Below, piece by piece: positions 39,238 to 48,450 of a stretch of DNA of 52,667 nucleotides. Origin of the DNA: Candidatus Eiseniibacteriota bacterium. Lineage in GTDB: Bacteria > Eisenbacteria > RBG-16-71-46. The stretch is from NCBI GenBank assembly GCA_044222065.1, contig JBGAOA010000031.1, positions 1-52,667 on the forward strand, given 5' to 3'. Each line of letters opens with the position of its first letter. The first letter of the stretch is position 1. Below the pieces are notes generated by a model that was given only the letters and a program-made list of their open reading frames with translations, did no database searches and was not told the DNA's origin. The position numbers and the translations under genes are program-made.

Positions 39238-39858
39238 TTACTTGGCCGCGGCTTCAGGCTTGGCCTTCGTCGCCTCGACCTGCAGCGAGATCGTGACGTC
39301 GTCGCCGAGCAGCGTGCCGCCCTGGTCGAGCGTCTTGTTCCACGAGATGCCGTAGTCCTTGCGGTTCACGGTCGTCGTGGCCTCCCAGCCGCCGCGCACG
39401 CCCATCGCGTTTCCGCCGATGCCGACCGCGCCGAGGCCGAGCTGCGTGGCCTCGAGCGTCACGGACTTCGTCACGCCGCGCATCGTGAGGTCGCCGACGA
39501 TCTGGAACTTGCCGTCCTTGCCCGGCACCACCTTCGTGCTCTTGAACGTGATGTTCGGGAAGTGCTCGAGGTCGAAGAAGTCCGCGCTCTTCAGGTGGTT
39601 GTCGCGGCGCTCGTTCTCGGTGTTGATGCTGCTCACCGGGATCGTCACCTCGACCGACGAGTTCGCGAGGTTCTTCTCGTCGAGCTGGATCGTGCCGGAG
39701 ATCTCGTTGAAGCGGCCGGGCACCTTCGAGAAGAAGTGGCGGACGGTGAAGCCGGCCTGCGAGTGCGAGGCGTCGATGTCGAACTTGTCGGCGGCGAACG
39801 CGGGCGCGGCGAGCAGCACGGCGGCCACGGCGAACCACAGGGTCGAACGGTGCTTCAT
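39238..39858 (-). CDS. yceI: YceI-family polyisoprenoid-binding protein
   Basis: IDASHS..F.VRH, GRF, RDNHLKSADFFD, GDLTMRGVTK, NRKDYG, GDDV. Confidence 0.93.
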   Translation of the reverse strand: MKHRSTLWFAVAAVLLAAPAFAADKFDIDASHSQAGFTVRHFFSKVPGRFNEISGTIQLDEKNLANSSVEVTIPVSSINTENERRDNHLKSADFFDLEHFPNITFKSTKVVPGKDGKFQIVGDLTMRGVTKSVTLEATQLGLGAVGIGGNAMGVRGGWEATTTVNRKDYGISWNKTLDQGGTLLGDDVTISLQVEATKAKPEAAAK

Positions 39859-40145
39859 GGGGCAAGCCTCTCCTTGAGAAATGGGGTCGTGCTTCGATTC
39901 GGGCGATTGCAGAGCCGTCGGGGAGTTTCGAAGCGGCGGCAATCTAGCAGCGCGCCGGGGTGCCGGGAACGCGAGCGTGGCACCTTCGACGCTCGGAACG
40001 GCGAAAGTTCGCGTTCCGAGGGCCACCTTTTGCCACGGCTTGACCTGCGTTTACGCGGGCGCGACGGCGGCGGCGGCGGGCGCGCGCCGCGGGCCCGCCG
40101 CGCCGCGCTTGTGGGCCCCGGGAGTGGCGGCTACTGTCCGTCGCC

Positions 40146-41162
40146 GTGCCCGATCCGAACAACATCCCGCCCAGCGCGCGCCCGCTGCTCGAACAGCGCA
40201 TCGACAAGCTCGGTCTGACGCTCGAGACGCCGGCGGTGCAGCGCCCGATCCAGCAGCTGCGGCGGGAGCTCGACCGGAAGGGACTGCGGCGCTTCCGCCC
40301 GCAGTTCTACCTGACCGACGAGTGGGGATGTCCGGACGAGCAGCCGATCATCGGCATTCCGTTCTACCTCGCCGATCCGCGGCTGCGCCTGATCGAGCGC
40401 GCCGTCGTGCACGAACTCGAGACGCCGCGCCAGGTGCTCATGTACCTGCGGCACGAAGCGGGTCACGCGCTCAACTACGCCTACCGTCTCTACCGCACGC
40501 CCGAGTGGCGGAAGATGTTCGGACCGTTCGGGCGCCGCTACGGCGACGACTACCGGCCGACGCCGTTCAGCCGGAAGTACGTGCGCCACATCGCGGGCTG
40601 GTACGCGCAGAAGCATCCCGACGAGGACTTCGCCGAGACGTTCGCCGTGTGGCTCGCGCCGCGCTCCAACTGGCGCGTGAAGTACAAATCGTGGCCGGCG
40701 CTCGAAAAGCTGCGCTATGTTGACCGCGTCGTGCGCACGCTCAAGGACGTCGAGCCGCTCGTGCCGGTCGGGGAAGCCGATCTCACAGTCGGCGACATGA
40801 AGCTCACGGTGGCCCGCTTCTACGATCGCCTCGAGCGGCGCAGCAAGACGCCGATCAAGATCGCGCTCGAATCCGATCTCGGAGACATCTTCATTCCGAA
40901 GGGCCGGCGCCGGAAGAACGTGCGTCCGGCGTGGAAGCTCGTGGACTCGATCCAGGACCAGCTGACGTCGAAGATCACGTACTGGACGGGTCTGCAGCGC
41001 CGCGTCGTCGGCGCGATGGTTCGCCAGATCATCGAGACGTGCCGTAATCTGGAGCTGGCCGCGGACACGACCCGCGAGGCGGACTACCTCGTGGAGCTGA
41101 CCGCGTACGGCACCACCCTCGCGATGAACAAGCTGATGCGGGGGAAGTTCGAGCATCTCTGA
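40146..41162 (+). CDS. Putative zinc-binding metallopeptidase (zincin; Peptidase_Mx-like)
   Basis: LRHEAGHA (HExxH); YAQKHPDEDFAETFAVWL; KLRYVD. Confidence 0.82.
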   Translation: MPDPNNIPPSARPLLEQRIDKLGLTLETPAVQRPIQQLRRELDRKGLRRFRPQFYLTDEWGCPDEQPIIGIPFYLADPRLRLIERAVVHELETPRQVLMYLRHEAGHALNYAYRLYRTPEWRKMFGPFGRRYGDDYRPTPFSRKYVRHIAGWYAQKHPDEDFAETFAVWLAPRSNWRVKYKSWPALEKLRYVDRVVRTLKDVEPLVPVGEADLTVGDMKLTVARFYDRLERRSKTPIKIALESDLGDIFIPKGRRRKNVRPAWKLVDSIQDQLTSKITYWTGLQRRVVGAMVRQIIETCRNLELAADTTREADYLVELTAYGTTLAMNKLMRGKFEHL

Positions 41163-41169
41163 GGATCGA

Positions 41170-41294
41170 AGCAGGCAGCCGAAAAGACCGAGGACAAGGC
41201 GGCGAGGGAGTGAGGAACGAGGTGCATCCGCAGGATGCTCCGCAGTGACGAACGACCGAGCGAACGCAGTGATCGGGCTTTTCAGCAGCCTGCT
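41170..41294. repeat. Palindromic MITE-like element, copy E2, with tandem-GA core
   Basis: 22-nt terminal inverted repeats (19/22 match; right end TTTTCAGCAGCCTGCT); core shared with 25873-26002. Confidence 0.75.
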
Positions 41295-41329
41295 CGGGAA
41301 GGATCCGACGGCAACCGGCGAGGACCGCC

Positions 41330-42355
41330 ATGGCGAAGCTCCGCATCGGGGTGCTCTACGACTACTGGTGGGACGAGGACGAGGCGCGCGAGCCCGGCGC
41401 CCGTCCCCGGCGCAAGTCCCCCGACGAAGACGTCCAGGCCGTCTACGACGCGCTGAAGAAGGCCGGCCACCACCCGGTGTTCGTGCGCGTGGACGGCTCG
41501 CCCGAGAGCCTCGTCGAGCTCAAGCGCTCCGAGACCGACCTGCTCTTCAACCTCACCGAGTCGTTCGCGGGCGACGACGCGTTCGACAGCAACGTCGCCG
41601 CCTACCTCGAGCTGCTCGGCCGCAAGTTCACGGGCACGGGCTCGCGCGGCCTCGCGCTCGCGCAGGACAAGGCGCTCGCGAAGAAGATCTTCGCCTTCCA
41701 CGGCATCCACACGCCCTACTTCGCGACGGTCTACCGCGGCCGCACGGAACATTCGCACGACCTGCAGTTCCCGGTGATCGTGAAGCCCGCGCGCGAGGAC
41801 GGCTCGATCGGCATCCACTTCGGCGCCGTGTGCGGTTCGATCAAGGAACTGATGGAGCGCATCGACTACATCCACGCCGAGTTCGACACGCCGGCGCTGA
41901 TCGAGGAGTACATCGAGGGGCGCGAGCTGTACGTCGGCGTGCTCGGGAACGAGAAGCCGGTCGCGCTTCCGGTCGTCGAGCTCGACCTGTCGAAGCTGCC
42001 CGAGGGCACGCCGAAGATCGCGGGCGCCGAGGTGAAGTGGGAGGAGGGCACGGAGGCGTACGAGAACACGCAGCCGTTCTTCCCCGACGACCTCGGGGAC
42101 GCGCTGACGGCGAAGCTCCACGAGGTCGCGGTCCAGGCGTTCCAGGCGCTCCAGCTCAGGGACTACGGCCGCATCGACTTCCGCGTCGCGAAGGACGGCG
42201 CCGTGCACGTGCTCGAGGTGAATCCGAATCCCTACCTGCTGCCGAGCGCGGAGTTCTCGATGGCGGCGAAGAAGTCCGGGCGCTCCTACAACGCGCTCAT
42301 CGCCGAGATCGCCGACCAGGCGCTCGCGCGCTACGGGAACGGCTCGGGCTCCTGA
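41330..42355 (+). CDS. D-Ala-D-Ala ligase-like ATP-grasp enzyme
   Basis: QDKALAK, FPVIVKPAREDGSIGI, IEEYIEGRE, YGRIDFR, LEVNPNP; lacks the canonical Ddl LHG..GEDG motif. Confidence 0.85.
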   Translation: MAKLRIGVLYDYWWDEDEAREPGARPRRKSPDEDVQAVYDALKKAGHHPVFVRVDGSPESLVELKRSETDLLFNLTESFAGDDAFDSNVAAYLELLGRKFTGTGSRGLALAQDKALAKKIFAFHGIHTPYFATVYRGRTEHSHDLQFPVIVKPAREDGSIGIHFGAVCGSIKELMERIDYIHAEFDTPALIEEYIEGRELYVGVLGNEKPVALPVVELDLSKLPEGTPKIAGAEVKWEEGTEAYENTQPFFPDDLGDALTAKLHEVAVQAFQALQLRDYGRIDFRVAKDGAVHVLEVNPNPYLLPSAEFSMAAKKSGRSYNALIAEIADQALARYGNGSGS

Positions 42356-42394
42356 GCCGTCGTTCGCGGCGGCGCGCGCGAGGCGCGCCGGTGC

Positions 42395-43204
42395 TCAGCG
42401 CAGGACCGTGAAGATCCGCGACAGGCTCTTCGTCGCGGTCTGCACCCGCAGCGCGTAGACGCCGGCCGCGACCGGAGCGCCGGAGGCGTCGGTCTCGTTC
42501 CAGCGGAACGTGCGCTCGCCCGCGTCGAGTTCGCCGCGGTGGATCGTCGCGATGCGCCGCCCGGCGAGGTCGAGCACGTCGATCGTCACGCGCTCCGAGC
42601 GCGGCAGCGCGACCGCGAACACGAGCACGCCGCGGCTCGGGTTCGGCGCGGGGTTGCGCGCGAACGCCAGCGTCGCGGGCAGCCCGCCGCCCGGCACTCC
42701 GGCGTTCGCCGACACGACGAGACGACCGGTCATGAACGGTTCGTGGAAGAAGCAGAAGAAGTCGATCGTGTCCGGCTCGGTGAACGTCGAGTCCCAGTCG
42801 GGGTGCGTGTCGTCGAGCAGGTAGTCGAACCGCGTGCCCGCCTCGGGATCGCTCGAGCCCTTGCCGTTCGTGATCGTGTGGATGCCTGCGGCGAGGTGCC
42901 AGCGCACCGTGCTGCCGACCGGCACGACGAGCGTGTCCACCGGCGTCGTGGATTTGCCGTCCGCGTCGTACCACGCGTCGAACGCGTTGATCGTGTACTG
43001 CGGCGCGGTCGCGCCCGACCGGGGCGCGGGATAGCGGACCGTGCGGCTCGAGCCGCCGCGCGTGACGCGGAACGCGCCGGGCGACTCGGTCGAAGCCGCG
43101 AGCGTCGCGCTCGAGACGCACAGCGGCGCGCCGCCCTTCGCTGGGCCGGAAGCGGCGAGTGCGAGGACGACGAGCAGCGGGAGAGCGAGGAACCGCGTGC
43201 GCAT
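42395..43204 (-). CDS. Secreted cupredoxin with FlgD-Ig-like C-terminal domain
   Basis: GIHTIT...FFCFFHEPFMTG; PAPNP...DLAGRRIA...GVYALR. Confidence 0.82.
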   Translation of the reverse strand: MRTRFLALPLLVVLALAASGPAKGGAPLCVSSATLAASTESPGAFRVTRGGSSRTVRYPAPRSGATAPQYTINAFDAWYDADGKSTTPVDTLVVPVGSTVRWHLAAGIHTITNGKGSSDPEAGTRFDYLLDDTHPDWDSTFTEPDTIDFFCFFHEPFMTGRLVVSANAGVPGGGLPATLAFARNPAPNPSRGVLVFAVALPRSERVTIDVLDLAGRRIATIHRGELDAGERTFRWNETDASGAPVAAGVYALRVQTATKSLSRIFTVLR

Positions 43205-43321
43205 GCGAGGGCCAGTGGGGATCGTGACGGGCGGCGGGCCGGGGGTGCCCGCGGAATCGGCCGCAATTCTAGCGCCGCGCCGCGCTTCCGGCGCGGGGAA
43301 AATTCGCCCCCGCGTCGCCGG

Positions 43322-44590
43322 TCAGCCCTCTTCGCCGACCGCCAGCTCGGGTTCGCCCCGGGCCACGACGACCGCGGCCGCGAGGTCGCCGGTCACGTTG
43401 AGCGTCGTGCGGCACATGTCGAGGAAGCGGTCCACGCCGAGGATCATGCCGATGCCCTCGGCCGGCACGCCGACGAGCCCGAGGATCATCACGACGACCG
43501 GGATCGAGCCCGCCGGGACTCCGGCCGTGCCGATGCCGCCGAGGATGCAGATGAACACGACCGTGATCTGCTGCGCGAGCGTGAGCGGCACGCCGTAGAA
43601 CTGGGCGAGGAACAGCACGGTGACGCCCTCGAACAGCGCCGTGCCGTTCTGGTTCGCGGTCGAGCCGAGCGTGAGCACGAAGCGGCTCACGTGCGGCGGC
43701 AGCTTGAGCTCGCGCTCGGCGACGAGCAGCGAGGTCGGCAGCGTCGCGTTGCTCGAAGCGGTCGAGAACGCGGTCACCATCGCGTCCTTCACGCCGCCGA
43801 AGAAGCGCGCCGGGCTCATGCCGCCGAGCCACCACACCGACACCGAGTACACGACGAACTGCTGGATCGCGAGCGCGACGAGCACCACGGCCACGTACGC
43901 GCCGAGCTGGCGCAGCACGTCGAGGCCGAGCCGCGCCGTGAGCGTGAAGAGCAGGCAGCCGACGCCGACCGGCGCGAGCGAGATCACGCCCGCGAGCAGC
44001 CGCATGACGACGTCGTAGAGCCCCTCGAGCGCGCCTTCGAGCGCACGCGCCGCCGCCGTGCGCGTGAGCGCGAGCCCGACGCCGAGCAGCAGCGCGAACA
44101 CCATCACCGCGAGCATGTTGCCCTCGGCCATCGCCTTCACGGGATTGTCGGGCACGAGCCCGACGAGGAAGTCCACGCCGGTGCTGCCGGCCGCGGGCGC
44201 CGGGGGCGGCGCGGCCGTGGCCTGCGCCGCGAGCCGCACGCGCAGTTCGGGCGAGAGCCCGCTGCCCGGACGGATCAGGTTCACGAGCGTCACGCCGATC
44301 AACACCGCGATCGTCGAGACCGCGACCGTGTAGGCGAACGTCTTGAGGCCGATCCGGCCGAGCCGCCGCAAGTCGCCGAGCCCCGCGACGCCGAGCGCGA
44401 GCGCCGAGACGATGAGCGGGATGACGAGCACGAACAGCAGCCGCAGGAAGATCCGGCCGGCGGGCTCCGTGACGTAGCGCACGACCCGATCGAGCGCCGG
44501 GGAGCCGGCCGCGAGCGCGTGAGCGGTCGTTCCGAGCGCGATGCCGAGCACGAGACCGATCGCCATGCGCGCGGAGAGCGTGAGTTTCAT
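43322..44590 (-). CDS. Dicarboxylate/amino acid:cation symporter (GltP/DctA family)
   Basis: AFSTASSNATLP, LGSTANQNGT, GTAGVP, GVDRFLDMCRTTLNVTGD. Confidence 0.93.
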   Translation of the reverse strand: MKLTLSARMAIGLVLGIALGTTAHALAAGSPALDRVVRYVTEPAGRIFLRLLFVLVIPLIVSALALGVAGLGDLRRLGRIGLKTFAYTVAVSTIAVLIGVTLVNLIRPGSGLSPELRVRLAAQATAAPPPAPAAGSTGVDFLVGLVPDNPVKAMAEGNMLAVMVFALLLGVGLALTRTAAARALEGALEGLYDVVMRLLAGVISLAPVGVGCLLFTLTARLGLDVLRQLGAYVAVVLVALAIQQFVVYSVSVWWLGGMSPARFFGGVKDAMVTAFSTASSNATLPTSLLVAERELKLPPHVSRFVLTLGSTANQNGTALFEGVTVLFLAQFYGVPLTLAQQITVVFICILGGIGTAGVPAGSIPVVVMILGLVGVPAEGIGMILGVDRFLDMCRTTLNVTGDLAAAVVVARGEPELAVGEEG

Positions 44591-44759
44591 GGCGCGGCAG
44601 TATGGTGGGCGACCACGCACCGCGCAACGGCCATCGCCGCCGCGGACCGCGAGTGGCGCGAAGGCGCGCATCGCGGTATCCCTTCGCGCGGCGACGCCGC
44701 ATCGCCCGTCCGTTCCGCACCGTTCGCCGCCGTTCGATCGCCGATCCGGAGACCCCCTC

Positions 44760-46400
44760 ATGCGCCCCACGGAAGGGCCGTCCGCCACCCGCCGAGTCCG
44801 CCGTTCCGCGCGTCGCTTCGCCGCGCTCGCCGCCGTCCTCGCGCTCGCATCCGCCGCGCTCCCGCCGCGCCTCGCGCACGCGCAGACGCCCGCGCTCCCG
44901 GACGGCTTCCGCGACTCCGTCATGGTCCGCAACCTCAACGAGCCGGTCGGCCTGGCGTTCGTCCCCGGCGGCAACCGCCTGCTCGTCGTCGAGCAGCGCA
45001 CGCGCTTCATCCGGCTCGTCGTGAACGGCGTGCTGTCCACGACCGATCCCGTCGGACAGGTGGACAGCGTGCAGACGAACGGACCCGAGCAGGGGCTGCT
45101 CGGCATCGCCGTGGACCCGGGCTTTCCCGCGCGGCCCTACGTGTACGTGCACTGCGACAACCTCGGGAACCAGACGATCCGCATCTCGCGCTACACGCTC
45201 GCGGGCGACCTCGACTTCACGGGCAACGGCGCCCTCACGCTCGTCGCCGGTTCGCGGCGCGACATCCTGCGCGACCTGCCGGACGTCGCGAGCAATCACA
45301 ACGGCGGCACGCTGCGCTTCGGCGCCGATGGCTACCTGTACGACTCGATCGGCGAGGACGCGAACCCGTGCGCGGCGCAGGACACTTCGGGCACGAGCAC
45401 CGCGACGGCGCTGCGCGGCAAGATCCTGCGTCTCGACGTCTCGAACGTGCCCGCGGGCGGCGGGGCTCCTCCCGCGCTCTCGACGATCACGCCGCCGACG
45501 AACCCGTTCGTCGCGACGAACGCGCCGCGCTCCCGCCTCATCTGGACCTACGGCCTGCGCAATCCGTTCCGCTTCCACGTCGTGCCCGGCACGAGCACGC
45601 TCGTGATCGGCGACGTCGGCGACGGGACGTGGGAGGAAGTGGACATCGTCTCGAGCGGCGGCCTGAACCTGGGCTGGCCGCTGCGCGAGGGCTTCGCGAA
45701 CCACGCCGGCAGTTGCAGCCTGCTCGGCACCGCGACCGCACCCGTGTACGTGTACAACCACAGCGACGGGATCGCGATCATCGGCGGGCCCTCGTACCAC
45801 GCCGCGAACGGGTTGCCCGCGGGATTCCCGGAGGCGTACGAGGGCGACGTCTTCCTGTCGGACTACTACACGGGCTTCGTGCGCCGCCTCGAGAACGTCA
45901 GCGGCACGTGGACGGCCACGACCGCGGCCGGCTCGCCGAACGGCACGGACTGGGCGCTCGGCTACGAGAACGTGAGCGACTGGATGGTCGGGCCCGACGG
46001 CATGCTGTGGTACGTGCGCCAGTTCGACGCGAACTTCAACGACGTGAGCGGCAGCGTCGGCGCGATCGCCGGCGGCGGCTCCGCGCCACCGCCTCCGCCG
46101 CCGCCCGCCGACACGACCGACGCGTTCGCGATCGGCAAGCGTTATCCGGTGCCGAGCAACGGCACGTTCTCGGTCGAAGGCGACGTGACGGGCAACGTCA
46201 CGCTCACCGTGACCGTGCACGCGCTCGACGGCCGGCTCGTCCGCCACGTGCTCGGTCCGCGCGATTTCACGAGCGGACCCGTCACGCTGACGTGGGACGG
46301 CCTCGACGACGACGGCCGCAAGGCTCCTTCGGGCGTCTACCTGTTCCGCATCGAAGGACGTGGCTTCGATCGCACGTTCCGGGTGCCGCTGGTGCGCTGA
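44760..46400 (+). CDS. PQQ-dependent sugar dehydrogenase (GSDH family) with FlgD-Ig-like C-terminal domain
   Basis: EQGLLGIAVDPGF, NHNGGTLRFGADGYLY..GE, GKILRLD, YGLRNPFR, DVG..WEEV, NLGWP; WDGLDDDG..PSGVYLFR. Confidence 0.88.
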   Translation: MRPTEGPSATRRVRRSARRFAALAAVLALASAALPPRLAHAQTPALPDGFRDSVMVRNLNEPVGLAFVPGGNRLLVVEQRTRFIRLVVNGVLSTTDPVGQVDSVQTNGPEQGLLGIAVDPGFPARPYVYVHCDNLGNQTIRISRYTLAGDLDFTGNGALTLVAGSRRDILRDLPDVASNHNGGTLRFGADGYLYDSIGEDANPCAAQDTSGTSTATALRGKILRLDVSNVPAGGGAPPALSTITPPTNPFVATNAPRSRLIWTYGLRNPFRFHVVPGTSTLVIGDVGDGTWEEVDIVSSGGLNLGWPLREGFANHAGSCSLLGTATAPVYVYNHSDGIAIIGGPSYHAANGLPAGFPEAYEGDVFLSDYYTGFVRRLENVSGTWTATTAAGSPNGTDWALGYENVSDWMVGPDGMLWYVRQFDANFNDVSGSVGAIAGGGSAPPPPPPPADTTDAFAIGKRYPVPSNGTFSVEGDVTGNVTLTVTVHALDGRLVRHVLGPRDFTSGPVTLTWDGLDDDGRKAPSGVYLFRIEGRGFDRTFRVPLVR

Positions 46401-48430
46401 TGGGTCCCTGGATCCGGCCGCTCGCCGCAGGGCTGGCGTTCGTCGCGCTCACGAGCGTGACGCCCGCGCCGTCCCGCCCGCGCGTTCCCGCGCTCGTCTT
46501 CGTCTCCCGCAATCCCGTCCGGCAGGAGCCGCGCGTCGTACCCGGCCTCGGCCTCCACGGCCGGCTCGTGACGACCGGCGGACGGCTGCTCGTGCGCGAG
46601 GCGACGGGCCGCGTGCGTCCGCTGCTCCCCGAGGGCGCGCTCTACGACGTCTCCGATCCGTGCGTGTCGTGGGACGCGAAGTGGATCGCGTTCGCGGGCA
46701 CGCCGGCGAGCGACGCGCCGTGGCGCATCTACGTCGTCGGCGCCGACGGGCGCGGCGTGCGCGTGGTGACGCCCGAGCCTCTCGGCGTGCTTCGGCGCGT
46801 GGACGACTTCGATCCCTGCTGGCTCCCGGACGGCCGCATCGTGTTCGCGAGCACGCGCTGGCCCGAACGCGCGCAGTTGGGGCGCATCCCCGCGACGAAC
46901 CTGTACGCGATCCGGACCGACGGTACGGGGCTCGTGCGCGTCACGACCGAGCGCAACGCCGCGGGCGAGCCGACCGTCGATGCGGCCGGCCGCATCGTCT
47001 ACGGGCGGTGGTTCTTCAATCGCTGGCTCGCGAGCGACGTGGCGCCGGGCGGCGCGACGGCCGATCCGAAGCTCGCGGTTGAGCCGCCGAGCGTGAACCA
47101 GTGGCAGGTCGTCTCGATCCTCCCGGATGGCGGCATGATCCGGCTCGCGGGCGGCGATCCGCGCACGCGCCCCTCGAGCGCCGGCGACCAGCCCGCCGTG
47201 CTCGCGAACGGCGACGTGCTCGCGGTGCGCGGCGACGTGCTCGCGGCCGAGCAGTTCTCGAACCGGTTCGTCGTGCAGCGATTCAAGGGCGGCGTGGGGG
47301 AGGCGAGCATCGCCGCCGGATTCGGCGTGCGCTGCGAGAGCGCGTGCGCGCCCGCGGCGCTCCCGGGCGGGGGCGCGGTGCTCGCCGTGGACGCCGAAGG
47401 CCGCGGCGACTACGGGCTCGCCGCGCTCGGCGAGGACGGCGCGCTGCGGACGCTCTACGACGCACCGGGAACGCTCGAACTCGACCCCGCGCCGCTCGTC
47501 GCGCGGCGCACGCCGCCCGTGATCGGCGAACTGCGCGGCCGGCCCATGGAAGAGCGGCCCCCGACGACGATCGAGGAAGTGACGCCGACCTCGCGCTCGT
47601 TCCGCTTCGACTGCATGAACGTCTTCGCGCAAGGACCCGTGGACGGCCCGTGGCCGAACGCGGTCCCGATGCAGCGCGGGGTCCGGATCCGCTTCTACTC
47701 GACGCTCTCCCGACCCGACCGCGTGGGAGGCGACACGCTCGTTCTGTTCCGCGAGATTCCCGTCCAGCCGGACGGCAGCGTGCACGTCGAGGACGTCCCG
47801 GGCGATTCACCCGGCTTCGAGCAGCTCGTCGGCGCCGACGGCAAGGTGCTGCGCTCGGCGCTCGGGCCCGCCCACGTGCCGGGCTCGAACTTCGCGATCG
47901 CGGGCTCGGGCACGCAGTGCGCGGGCTGCCACGCCGGCCACTCCGCGCTGCCGGTGCCGGGCAGCTACTCCGCGGCCAAGTGGACGAACGCGGCTCCGTC
48001 GGCCGAAGTGCGCGTCGTCGCGGCCTACGGCGCCCGCGAGGCGAACGGTGTGACGGATCGTCGCACGTTCGGAGACCCCGAGCGGATCGGCTGGGTGAGC
48101 GGGGACCCGGCGGGTGAAAAACTCCAATTGCGTTGGCGATACCCCATTGAAGTGCGCGAAATCGTCCTCTATCCTCTGCACGCCGATCGTGTTCGCGGAA
48201 CGGATCTGCGCGTTTCTGAATGCGAGATCGCGTTCTTCGACGGTGAGCAGGAAGTGGAACGGACCCTGCTGCGCGAGCCCTTGAGTCCTCTAGGCACTCG
48301 CGCAACTTGCAAGAAGGCGCGGGTGGATCGTCTCGAGATCCGGCTGCTGCGCTGGGACGGCCGGGTGCTCGGGAGGCAAGCCGCGGGGTTGGCCGAAGTC
48401 GAGACCATCGCGCGGCTCATCGAGGACTGA
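46400..48430 (+). CDS. Hydrazine synthase alpha-subunit-like secreted protein (TolB/PD40 propeller + HzsA-like middle domain + one CxxCH + discoidin-like tail)
   Basis: VSDPCVSWDAKWIAFAG, DDFDPCWLPDGRIVFASTR, DGTG..RVT.ERN, PVQPDGS...VPGD..FEQL, CAGCHAGH; TGATG overlap with the upstream gene. Confidence 0.72.
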   Translation: MGPWIRPLAAGLAFVALTSVTPAPSRPRVPALVFVSRNPVRQEPRVVPGLGLHGRLVTTGGRLLVREATGRVRPLLPEGALYDVSDPCVSWDAKWIAFAGTPASDAPWRIYVVGADGRGVRVVTPEPLGVLRRVDDFDPCWLPDGRIVFASTRWPERAQLGRIPATNLYAIRTDGTGLVRVTTERNAAGEPTVDAAGRIVYGRWFFNRWLASDVAPGGATADPKLAVEPPSVNQWQVVSILPDGGMIRLAGGDPRTRPSSAGDQPAVLANGDVLAVRGDVLAAEQFSNRFVVQRFKGGVGEASIAAGFGVRCESACAPAALPGGGAVLAVDAEGRGDYGLAALGEDGALRTLYDAPGTLELDPAPLVARRTPPVIGELRGRPMEERPPTTIEEVTPTSRSFRFDCMNVFAQGPVDGPWPNAVPMQRGVRIRFYSTLSRPDRVGGDTLVLFREIPVQPDGSVHVEDVPGDSPGFEQLVGADGKVLRSALGPAHVPGSNFAIAGSGTQCAGCHAGHSALPVPGSYSAAKWTNAAPSAEVRVVAAYGAREANGVTDRRTFGDPERIGWVSGDPAGEKLQLRWRYPIEVREIVLYPLHADRVRGTDLRVSECEIAFFDGEQEVERTLLREPLSPLGTRATCKKARVDRLEIRLLRWDGRVLGRQAAGLAEVETIARLIED

Positions 48431-48450
48431 CCTTCCCCAGTCCGGGTCTC

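Noticed and set aside
41330..42355. Housekeeping ddl or van-type ligase
   Set aside because: Lacks the N-terminal GG.S.E and LHG..GEDG motifs; no mur or van context
42539..46399. N-terminal 1287 aa of the 1963-aa ORF
   Set aside because: Overlaps three real genes in other frames or strands; only the part from ATG 46400 is protein-like
46400..48430. Evidence for anammox (hzsA)
   Set aside because: Single CxxCH and no hzsB/hzsC or hao-like neighbours; only distant architectural similarity
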